64,000 nucleotides of DNA from a virus: IMG/VR virus record IMGVR_UViG_3300042894_002524, positions 25,828 through 89,827 of that record; one strand, 5' to 3'. The notes under the pieces were generated by a model that was given only the letters and a program-made list of their open reading frames with translations, had not been told where the DNA came from and did no database searches. Positions 55,513 to 63,459 of the stretch are shown here, piece by piece. Numbering within the stretch: the first letter of the stretch is position 1; every line of letters starts with the position of its first letter. The position numbers and the translations under genes are program-made.

Positions 55513-57582
55513 TTAATGAGCAATGTTGTCTTTGATAAGTTTGATTTCGCAAGAATCTGTACTGCAGTAGCTTTCTCCGATTGCATCTGCAGCCATTCCT
55601 GCATACACACCAGCAAAGTCAATTGGGAATAGTTTATCTAAACCATCCTGTTTATATTCTTTTTCTGTAATCTGGGTGTACGGCATTTGTGGGTAAGTAA
55701 AGTTGCCTTGAGGTAGGAACGAAACAGTTTTAAGCTGACCATCGTACATATGAAGAACAGTTCCAACTTGATCCTTTTCCTTTTCAGCATCAAATGAGAT
55801 TGTTACCGATACAGAGTTATCAGACCAGTAACGCTGGGCTACTGATGCAATCGCCATCTTCTCAAATATTGTCACATCCTTTTCAGAACGCTTAGCATTT
55901 GATTTAATCGGGAAGAAAACAACACTTGTTGTATCTGGAGATTCAGAAGCTGGCTCAACACGGTAGTTAGCCATTTTGAACAGAGGAAGCATTGGGTCAT
56001 CATTTGCAAAACGAATTGCACGATTGAAGTATTCTCCACCCGGAGTCCAATGAACTCCCGGAGATTCTCCTGCCAGAATAGAAACAGTTCCCGAAGGCTT
56101 AACTGTTGTCATCTTGATTGATTCACGGATACCGAACCACTCTGAGTAAACATTGTCGTAACGCTTAATTGTCTCGTAACCCTGATCCATCCATTCACGA
56201 AGTGTCGGAACCCCATGATTGTCAGCAAAGTTTGCGATGCCAGACATTGATGTTCCAATACGGCGGTTTCTCTGCATAATTGCATTTGTCTTTTCCCAAT
56301 GAGTCGGAAGAAGAGTAACGGTCTTTGCGTAAAGGTAAGCGAATTTCAATGTGCGCTTATAGTCGTCAAGAGACTCATGGCGGTTGAGATATGTCTCAAC
56401 AAGGGTGCAGCACTCGTATGATTCAAGAGATTGTTCTGCGCATGGGTTGTATCCAGCTACACGCCAGTCCTTGTTATTTGGTGGATCAATTAGACGACCA
56501 TACTTACGAGACATATCCAACCAGATGACTCCGGGTTCTCCGTTGAGAGCAATGCTTTCAACAATGTGAGATAGATCTTCGCCAACATTTGTTTCTACAG
56601 AATTGTTGCTCATCCAAGCCCATCCCTGATTCTCTGGATCATAAGAGTTACGCTCTGGGAAGGCTTCTGCGTTCTTTAAATTCAAGAAGGTCTCATCGTT
56701 GTGTCTACCGATTAGAAGTTCAGCAGAACGGCGTACATTGCCCGATACAACACAAACTCCAATCATGTTGCCAATGTCTGCAATATCAACTCGTGTAAGT
56801 TTTTGACCTGCACGACCTAGGAACATCTTACGAATATATTTGTGCAACTTTTCGAGCGGTTCATGACCAGCAGCTGTACCACCAAATGTTTTAATAGGTG
56901 CTCCTGCTGGGCGAATCATTGAGTAGTCAAAAACAATCGGACTCTGTTCTGGTTTCAAATAAGAGTTGATCAGGTCAGCGGTTGATTGCATCCACCCTTC
57001 ACGAGTGTCATCAATAACCTGAGTGATTACTGGGCGAATTGATTCATGGATGGTAAAATCTTTATCAGCACCCTTGTCGTCAAAGCCAACACCCACTCCG
57101 AGCATTGATGCTTCCATCAGAAACGCAAATGGTTCCGCCGGATTGTCCTTTGACATTTCCGCAGTAGATACGAAGGCACAATTTTGCAAAGCAGCAGAGT
57201 TTCTCTGAACATTTACAAGTTCTGTTCCCATAATCCAAAGACCACGACCGGGAGGTGTCCATTTAAGGTTGAACAGGCGGTCAAAAGCTTCTTTAGCACT
57301 TGACTGAGCTTTTACACCATTCCAAGGAAGACGATTCTTCCGGCAATGATCTTTTTGCAAGGAATACATGCCGTTAATCACACGCTCGCAAACATCAACC
57401 CAAGTTTCTTTGGTTCCATCTGGTTTCTTTCGGGAATATGTACGAAGAAATGTAATTTCTCCAACAGAGTTTCCTGCTGCATCCTGATATCCGAATGGCG
57501 CTTTCTTTGTGCGATATGTTGAAACAAAATCTTCGCTTAGTTTAAAGGAAAAAAAATCTTCCCTAGGATTATTATTGGTCAT
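55513..57582 (-). CDS. nrdJ: Class II (B12-dependent) ribonucleoside-triphosphate reductase
   Basis: PPGRGLW, LQNC, GNVRRSA, NPCAE, TVKPSGT, C-terminal CSTDSC; SD AGGAG. Confidence 0.95.
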   Translation of the reverse strand: MTNNNPREDFFSFKLSEDFVSTYRTKKAPFGYQDAAGNSVGEITFLRTYSRKKPDGTKETWVDVCERVINGMYSLQKDHCRKNRLPWNGVKAQSSAKEAFDRLFNLKWTPPGRGLWIMGTELVNVQRNSAALQNCAFVSTAEMSKDNPAEPFAFLMEASMLGVGVGFDDKGADKDFTIHESIRPVITQVIDDTREGWMQSTADLINSYLKPEQSPIVFDYSMIRPAGAPIKTFGGTAAGHEPLEKLHKYIRKMFLGRAGQKLTRVDIADIGNMIGVCVVSGNVRRSAELLIGRHNDETFLNLKNAEAFPERNSYDPENQGWAWMSNNSVETNVGEDLSHIVESIALNGEPGVIWLDMSRKYGRLIDPPNNKDWRVAGYNPCAEQSLESYECCTLVETYLNRHESLDDYKRTLKFAYLYAKTVTLLPTHWEKTNAIMQRNRRIGTSMSGIANFADNHGVPTLREWMDQGYETIKRYDNVYSEWFGIRESIKMTTVKPSGTVSILAGESPGVHWTPGGEYFNRAIRFANDDPMLPLFKMANYRVEPASESPDTTSVVFFPIKSNAKRSEKDVTIFEKMAIASVAQRYWSDNSVSVTISFDAEKEKDQVGTVLHMYDGQLKTVSFLPQGNFTYPQMPYTQITEKEYKQDGLDKLFPIDFAGVYAGMAADAIGESYCSTDSCEIKLIKDNIAH

Positions 57583-57653
57583 TGAGACTCCTGTAGTAGT
57601 AGGCTTTAATATTATCAATTGGGGAGCTACACCGCACCGATTAGTGCTTAGGA

Positions 57654-58667
57654 CTAAATGTAATTTTTTTCGAATTCGGCGTAACGATTTAGAATCATAT
57701 CAGCGACAGAAGCCCATGAGTGCTTTTCGTGAATTGTTTTTGCCGAACGGAATGCAAATTTTTTGAATTCTTCATATTCGTCTGTTACATTTGTCATTAG
57801 ATTAACTAACTCTTCAAAATCAGGAGTTGCCCACATACCTGTATCAGTTCCATACTGATGAGAATGGTATTCTGCGTCTGAAAACTCAGCTGGCAATGGG
57901 ATTCCGTAATGTGAGAAGTCTTTGCAACCTGTTAAGTCTGTAACGATTGTAGGCAATCCTGTTGCCATTGCTTCAAAAGGAATCATTCCAAAACCTTCAC
58001 CGCTAGTAGGATAAATGAGGCAGTGACACTTATGATAAAGATTAACTAATTGATCTGTATCATAAGATTCTGGGATGCCAATAATCTGAGGATGAGAAGT
58101 AGCTGGTACTAATCTACTTTCAATATACACTTCTGCGTGACAGAAGTTATTATATTTAAGAATTAACTTATAGTCCATATTACCGTCAAATAACTCTAGG
58201 AAAGCATCAACAGCAAGTTGTGCATTCTTACGCTTAGAGTCTCCACCTATATGTAAGAAATTAAATGTTTGAGATAGTTCTCTTTCTACAGGATGGAATT
58301 CTTCAGATATTCCGTGAGGAATGACATATACATTTTCATTGACATTGGCTTTATCATATACATCTTTAACAAAACTAGAGGTAGCCCAGATCTCATTACA
58401 GAGACTCATATTGTATTTCCATCCAGAAGGAATCTTTGTAGATTCCCAAGGGGTATATCCTACTTTATAGTCATTATTTAACTGATAATAATGAGGTTGG
58501 CAAAAGTTGATATGAAAGGGTATCTCAGCTCTATTGTAAAATACACCTACTTTTTTAGCCTGTAGTGCTCTAATAGTACTGATAGCAGCATTGGCATATC
58601 CTTGACTAGCCCAAAGCTCGCCACTAATATCAACATTGCTCAAGCTGAACCAGCTGATCTTCTTCAT
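57654..58667 (-). CDS. GT-B (GT4-like) glycosyltransferase
   Basis: KRKNA and YPTSGEGFGMIPFEAMATGLP; paralog of 841..1893. Confidence 0.9.
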   Translation of the reverse strand: MKKISWFSLSNVDISGELWASQGYANAAISTIRALQAKKVGVFYNRAEIPFHINFCQPHYYQLNNDYKVGYTPWESTKIPSGWKYNMSLCNEIWATSSFVKDVYDKANVNENVYVIPHGISEEFHPVERELSQTFNFLHIGGDSKRKNAQLAVDAFLELFDGNMDYKLILKYNNFCHAEVYIESRLVPATSHPQIIGIPESYDTDQLVNLYHKCHCLIYPTSGEGFGMIPFEAMATGLPTIVTDLTGCKDFSHYGIPLPAEFSDAEYHSHQYGTDTGMWATPDFEELVNLMTNVTDEYEEFKKFAFRSAKTIHEKHSWASVADMILNRYAEFEKNYI

Positions 58668-58692
58668 ATTCTCCTTGGGATAACTCTTCTGC

Positions 58693-58914
58693 TTACTTGA
58701 AGCTTTCAGAGCTGATTGATAAACAGTTTACACCCTTTTCAATCAACATTAGTGCGTGTTCTTCAGAAATTTCACAAGTTATTGGCAAATCAGTATAAAC
58801 ACATCTTGCAGCAGCAATATAGAAATCGTCAAATTTAGTTATCCCAATACAATCGGAATCAAGAATGACTGCGGGTCCGCATTCATCCGACTCAACAATT
58901 GCAATAATTTTCAT
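58693..58914 (-). CDS. Hypothetical protein
   Basis: First gene of the minus arm; TGGTAAAAT 6 nt upstream. Confidence 0.7.
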   Translation of the reverse strand: MKIIAIVESDECGPAVILDSDCIGITKFDDFYIAAARCVYTDLPITCEISEEHALMLIEKGVNCLSISSESFK

Positions 58915-58942
58915 ATCCAAATTTTACCATCCACAGTGTTAT

Positions 58943-59078
58943 CAGTATACTTAAGTAAACTTATATAACAATAAGTATACCTGTATAACTAGCATACTAA
59001 GTATACTGGCGCATCCCAGATGCGAAGCATATCAACTTTTTTGGGGTAATGTGCGGATTATCAAAAATTTTTTGATAA
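58943..59078. repeat. AT-rich AGTATACT-like repeats and palindromes at the strand switch (candidate origin or control region)
   Basis: AGTATACT 58944, AGTAAACT 58954, AGTATACC 58974, AGCATACT 58991, AGTATACT 59000; palindrome TTATCAAAAA-T-TTTTTGATAA. Confidence 0.7.
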
Positions 59079-59087
59079 CATGAATCA

Positions 59088-59783
59088 ATGACTTATACTA
59101 CCGTTTACGACATTCTCGACAATGGCGAAATTGAATTACTCAACTGTATGGCATCAGATGTTGATGTCGTTAATGCTGCAAAAGTTAGTTTTGCCACTTA
59201 TGTTAAAGAGTTAGATGAGTCTTCAATTGGCTTAATTAAGTATCTTATGCGTAATAAGCACGCAACTCCTTTTGAACACTGTGTATTTAAGTTCAGAATT
59301 AAGGCTCCAATTTTTGTTACAAGAGAATGGATGCGTCATCGATGGTCATCATTCAATGAGATGAGTATGCGATACCATCAGCCTGCAAACATTGATTACT
59401 ATACCCCAGCTTACGATAAGATTCGTAAGCAGATTGGAAAACCCGGAGCTTATACTTTTGAAGAAATTTCTGATCCAGAAGTTAAAGATGCTTTCTATTC
59501 TATTTTTCAACAAACAATTCTGCAGGCGGATGAGGCTTATTACAAGCTGATTGAGCTTGGCGTTGCTAAAGAAATTGCTCGTTGCGTACTACCAGTAACT
59601 CAATATACTGAGTTTATTTGGACAGTAAATGCAAGAAGTTTGATTAATTTTATTTCGCTTCGCAACGAAGGCAATGCCCAATATGAAATCAATGAGTATG
59701 CAAAAGTAATTGAAGACATATTCCAGCAAAAGATGCCTATTTCACACGAAGCGTTTATTGAATCAGGTAGAATTGCTTTATGA
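59088..59783 (+). CDS. thyX: Flavin-dependent thymidylate synthase
   Basis: HATPFEH, RHRWSSFNEMSMRY, EIARCVLP, NARSL, AQYEI. Confidence 0.97.
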   Translation: MTYTTVYDILDNGEIELLNCMASDVDVVNAAKVSFATYVKELDESSIGLIKYLMRNKHATPFEHCVFKFRIKAPIFVTREWMRHRWSSFNEMSMRYHQPANIDYYTPAYDKIRKQIGKPGAYTFEEISDPEVKDAFYSIFQQTILQADEAYYKLIELGVAKEIARCVLPVTQYTEFIWTVNARSLINFISLRNEGNAQYEINEYAKVIEDIFQQKMPISHEAFIESGRIAL

Positions 59784-59941
59784 GTAAATTTCTTTATGTT
59801 CTAGCTTATGTGATGTTTTCATCATTCATAATCAGAGTGGCTATTATTGCTGGCTGGTCACACGATCCGGGATACATCGGTCCAGCTTTACTGGTCTTTG
59901 TAGCCGGTTTTATATTAGCAACTCAACTTAATGAATCCTGA
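59780..59941 (+). CDS. Small 2-TM membrane protein (53 aa; absent from ORF track)
   Basis: MSKFLYVLAYVMFSSFIIRVAIIAGWSHDPGYIGPALLVFVAGFILATQLNES; ATGA overlap with thyX. Confidence 0.7.
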   Translation: MSKFLYVLAYVMFSSFIIRVAIIAGWSHDPGYIGPALLVFVAGFILATQLNES

Positions 59942-60335
59942 AGACATCAATCAAGAGTACTTAAATACAAAAAAATTGCTTTTGATTAGTGATACATGGT
60001 ATCCATATCCATATATTACTGATTTCTTAAAGATTTTAACCTCAGGTAAAGTTTTTGTTTATTCATCGCCAGCATCAACTGCTAAATTTATTAAAGTTTA
60101 TCTTAAAGTTTTTGCAAAAAGAAAAGTTAATTTGATTAAAGATAAACATTTTAATCTTTTTTTTGATGACAAGATTAATGAATACATTGTTGTTGTATTT
60201 TTTGGTAAAAAAAGGGTACCGGAAACCGCTATACTAGAAATTGTTGCTAAAAAGCTTCTCACATCGTATCAGGATGTGATGCTCGTGTACCCAGATGGAG
60301 TTGATTACGATGAGGATAGTCCCTTATTCAAATGA
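59931..60335 (+). CDS. Hypothetical protein
   Basis: ORF in a coupled run. Confidence 0.65.
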   Translation: MNPEDINQEYLNTKKLLLISDTWYPYPYITDFLKILTSGKVFVYSSPASTAKFIKVYLKVFAKRKVNLIKDKHFNLFFDDKINEYIVVVFFGKKRVPETAILEIVAKKLLTSYQDVMLVYPDGVDYDEDSPLFK

Positions 60336-60552
60336 TGATGACCTAGAAGACCTCGAAACGCTTACGATTATTATTAAAGCTGTACCTTTTGAGGACAGTT
60401 TTATTCCAGCTTTCTACATTTCCTCACCTTCAGAGGACTATATGATGTCAATTGATGAACTTTCTGCCCTAATGGATGGGATTGAGATAGCAAACAAGTC
60501 AGTAGATGATATTATTGATTACATATTGAATTCGAAAAGGGGTGAAGAATGA
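60310..60552 (+). CDS. Hypothetical acidic protein
   Basis: Likely start MRIVPY after GGAG. Confidence 0.7.
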   Translation: MRIVPYSNDDDLEDLETLTIIIKAVPFEDSFIPAFYISSPSEDYMMSIDELSALMDGIEIANKSVDDIIDYILNSKRGEE

Positions 60553-60836
60553 TTTTTGGTCAGCTAATTAAAGATTTTCCATACCCTGTAAAAATATGTC
60601 CCTATTGCATGAAAGAAATGAAAGCCGTAAACGCCGTTCATTATGAACCCGATAAGTATCAATACAAAGCGCTCTACCTAGACCCAAATCCAGAATGCCC
60701 TGTCTATGACGAAGGCGCTCGAAAAGCCTATGCAAGGATCTACTATTCATCAGAAGATGCGTACATTGCCTTTCACAACATCAGCATTCCTGTCCAGAGA
60801 TGGGAAAGGGAAGAGCTGTATAGCTATTACAAGTGA
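60549..60836 (+). CDS. Hypothetical protein with Cys motifs
   Basis: CPYC...PECP; ATGA overlap. Confidence 0.7.
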   Translation: MIFGQLIKDFPYPVKICPYCMKEMKAVNAVHYEPDKYQYKALYLDPNPECPVYDEGARKAYARIYYSSEDAYIAFHNISIPVQRWEREELYSYYK

Positions 60837-60859
60837 AACCGTGATAAAATAGACACACT

Positions 60860-61687
60860 ATGTCTAATCAAAACCTTGACGAAAAAGATCTTGATAATCT
60901 ATTGAAATCACTAACGGAATGGTTTGGTGAAAAATGGGTGGACATTTCCAGACCCAAAAAGGGCGGTGGTTTTGAGCCTTGTGGCAGAGATGACGCAAAG
61001 ACTGGTAAATACCCTAAATGTGTCCCAGCTTCTAAGGCAGCAAGAATGACACCGGAACAGATTGCTTCAGCTGTTCGCCGGAAAAGAACTGCGGAGTCAA
61101 CTCAGACAAGAGATGGCAAAACTCCCATATATGTCTCAACGGACAAAGAGAAGGTTGAAAAAGCCAATGTCCCTACTGACCCAGCTCTCTATGCTAGAGT
61201 TAAAGCAGAAGCAAAAGCTAAGTTTGATGTATATCCCTCTGCATACGCAAACGCATGGTTAGTCCGTGAATACAAGAAAAGAGGAGGAGGTTATAGAGTG
61301 ACAAAAGAAAATGTAGAAAAGGTTGCAGAAGACCTTGCCGAACCAGAAGCAGCTCTTGCAGATGCTTTAGTGGTTGTCGCAGAGCGGTTTGGACCATTCG
61401 ATGCAGAGGATACTGGTATCTGGGTTGAGTATGAAACAGCAGAAGAAAATGAAGAGAAGTCAATTGGCGTTCATTGCCATAATTGTGTTCTATACGCAGG
61501 GGATGGCGTTTGTAAGATCCTAAGTCAAAAGGTTGAGCATTATGGTAAGTGTCGTTTTGCTCTTATCCCGGATGGTCTAGTTTCTCCAGAAATGGAAGAC
61601 GAAGAAGAAGAGGATGACGATGAAGAAAATTCAATGTCATCCCTTATCTCTATAATTAGAGATTTATTAATTAATAAGGAGAAATAA
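60860..61687 (+). CDS. Three-domain putative internal head protein (two basic DUF5872-like domains and a HiPIP-like Cys domain)
   Basis: WFGEKWVDI...CGR...YPKCVP; PALYARVKAEAK...PSAYA...EYKKRGG; C-x2-C-x8-C-x10-GKC. Confidence 0.7.
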   Translation: MSNQNLDEKDLDNLLKSLTEWFGEKWVDISRPKKGGGFEPCGRDDAKTGKYPKCVPASKAARMTPEQIASAVRRKRTAESTQTRDGKTPIYVSTDKEKVEKANVPTDPALYARVKAEAKAKFDVYPSAYANAWLVREYKKRGGGYRVTKENVEKVAEDLAEPEAALADALVVVAERFGPFDAEDTGIWVEYETAEENEEKSIGVHCHNCVLYAGDGVCKILSQKVEHYGKCRFALIPDGLVSPEMEDEEEEDDDEENSMSSLISIIRDLLINKEK

Positions 61688-61688
61688 T

Positions 61689-62072
61689 ATGAAATTTAAT
61701 ATTGAAAAAATGGCTGAAGACCATAGCTCAATGAAATCATGGCATGAAGAGATGGCTAAATCAGCTGCAACTCAAATGCAAGATCACATCAAAGCTGCGT
61801 CTTGGCACGAATCACAAGCAGATATGATCAAAGGTATGATGAACGAGGTGCCTCTCGACCCAGAGAAGAAGGTTTCTTCAATCCCAACAGCCGGATCAGC
61901 TTCAACGCCAACCTCTGGTGCTGGCAAGACTTCCCCCGCAAAGGAAGTTGCATTGGACCCAGAGTCCGTTAAGAAGAGCGACCTCGTTTCTATTCTTAAG
62001 AGCCATGAAGCAGAGTTTGGTTCGTTTGATATGTCTGCCGAAGACATTGCAAACTTCTTGCTTGCAGAGTAA
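61689..62072 (+). CDS. Hypothetical protein with internal repeats
   Basis: SWHE twice, EVxLDPE twice; SD AAGGAG. Confidence 0.75.
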   Translation: MKFNIEKMAEDHSSMKSWHEEMAKSAATQMQDHIKAASWHESQADMIKGMMNEVPLDPEKKVSSIPTAGSASTPTSGAGKTSPAKEVALDPESVKKSDLVSILKSHEAEFGSFDMSAEDIANFLLAE

Positions 62073-62077
62073 GCCGA

Positions 62078-62272
62078 ATGGAAGTAGTTTACGCTGCTCT
62101 TGTCACAACACTTGGGGCTATTCTTGTAGCGTTAATTCAGAAATTCCGTAAGGAAAACAAAGAAGATCACGGAGCAGTCACAACAATGATCAAATTGCTC
62201 CATTCTGATGTAAAAGACATTGATCAAAAACTTGATCATCATATTGATGACCATTTAAAAGAAAATATTTAA
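62078..62272 (+). CDS. Small membrane protein (N-terminal TM and His-rich tail)
   Basis: Hydrophobic N-terminus; ENKEDHG...KLDHHIDDH. Confidence 0.7.
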   Translation: MEVVYAALVTTLGAILVALIQKFRKENKEDHGAVTTMIKLLHSDVKDIDQKLDHHIDDHLKENI

Positions 62273-62293
62273 CAAACTACGCTATACTAAGTT

Positions 62294-62355
62294 TGGGGCA
62301 CTCTTTGGCGGGTACTATTTCGAAAGATTAGACCTGATATCTTTGGGGTGCCCCA
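62294..62355 (+). ncRNA. Putative structured small RNA or 5' leader
   Basis: TGGGGCACTC/GGGTGCCCCA outer stem, inner GGGT...ACCT stem with GAAA loop, directly after TATACT (62283-62288). Confidence 0.5.
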
Positions 62356-62374
62356 TTAGCATCTAAAGGCAGAA

Positions 62375-62980
62375 ATGACAACAATTGTAGGAATCCAAGG
62401 CGATGATTATGCAGTTATCTGTACTGACTCCAGAGTTTCATCTTTTGATGAATCGGGTATGGCTTATCAGATAACAACACTGGGGACAGGTAGTAGCAAA
62501 GTTGCTCAGAATGGCAGATACCTTCTTGGAGCTGCCGGGGATGTTAGAGCTATCAATATTCTGCACCACGCCTTCATCCCCCCAGTCCCCACTTTTACAA
62601 TTTCTGGTCCAAAGCTTGACCAGTTCATTACTCAAAAGTTTGTACCAGCTTTGCGTGAGTGTTTTGAGAGTACAGGCTACGCAATGCCAGATAATGATGC
62701 GAAAGACCACATTGCCGAGCATTCATCACAAATAGTCGTGGTTATTAACGGAACGATCTATATTATTGATGGAGACTATTCTTGGACTTCAGATAAAGCC
62801 GGTATCTACGCCATTGGCAGTGGCTCATCCTACGCCCTAGGCGCTCTGCACGCCCTTAGCAATGGCAAGGAACTCCCTCTAGCCAAAGCCAAGACTGCTA
62901 TCAACAAAGCTCTCTCTGTAGCATCTAAATTTGATCCATACACAGGTGCTCCATTCCAGACTTTTGTTCAACAAAGATAA
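62375..62980 (+). CDS. HslV/proteasome beta-type threonine protease
   Basis: N-terminal MTTIVG nucleophile, DSR, SKV, AIGSGS..ALGAL, DPYT. Confidence 0.88.
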   Translation: MTTIVGIQGDDYAVICTDSRVSSFDESGMAYQITTLGTGSSKVAQNGRYLLGAAGDVRAINILHHAFIPPVPTFTISGPKLDQFITQKFVPALRECFESTGYAMPDNDAKDHIAEHSSQIVVVINGTIYIIDGDYSWTSDKAGIYAIGSGSSYALGALHALSNGKELPLAKAKTAINKALSVASKFDPYTGAPFQTFVQQR

Positions 62981-62994
62981 TTTATAAAACCGAG

Positions 62995-63022
62995 TTGACT
63001 TTCTATTCACGAGGTGTAAACT
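62995..63022 (+). promoter_or_regulatory. Sigma70-type promoter
   Basis: TTGACT-16 nt-TAAACT; SD GAAAGGA before ATG 63046. Confidence 0.5.
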
Positions 63023-63045
63023 ATCTACTCTACGAAAGGAATCAA

Positions 63046-63459
63046 ATGATTACTGAAAGAGAAATGAAATTGATCTTGGACAAAACACCGAGCGAAAGCT
63101 ACCGTGAGGTTGCTGCAGCTCTTACTGGTGCGAAAAACCAAATGTCCATTTCAGAAACAGCAAAATTCTATAGCGTACCATCCGCTTTTGTTAAAGAGGT
63201 TTGGGAGAAGCATGGTTTGCTTTCAAAAAACTCTGCATCTACAGAAGGAAAGCGTTCGCGCAAAAGTGCAATTATTGAGTCATACATCAAAGAGAATATT
63301 GGTAAAACAATTACCCCTCAAGACCTAGTATCTGCAACAGGTATCTCTATGCCAACCTTCTATAACTACTACAATGCAAACAGAGGCTTCTTCAAGAAGA
63401 TTAAGCGTGGTCAGTTTGAAATTGTTGATCCAAACAAAGAGCGTCAATCAAGCAAGTAA
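63046..63459 (+). CDS. Putative HTH DNA-binding protein
   Basis: SISETAKFYSV and TPQDLVSATGISMPTFYNY helix-turn-helix-like segments. Confidence 0.65.
   Translation: MITEREMKLILDKTPSESYREVAAALTGAKNQMSISETAKFYSVPSAFVKEVWEKHGLLSKNSASTEGKRSRKSAIIESYIKENIGKTITPQDLVSATGISMPTFYNYYNANRGFFKKIKRGQFEIVDPNKERQSSK

Noticed and set aside
57583-57653. Cobalamin riboswitch or NrdR box upstream of nrdJ
   Set aside because: Only about 70 nt with a 4-bp hairpin; no recognisable consensus.
62294-62355. Possible tRNA (GGGGCAC...GTGCCCCA resembles an acceptor stem)
   Set aside because: About 61 nt, no T-loop GTTCRA, no D arm, no CCA; kept only as a structured RNA candidate.
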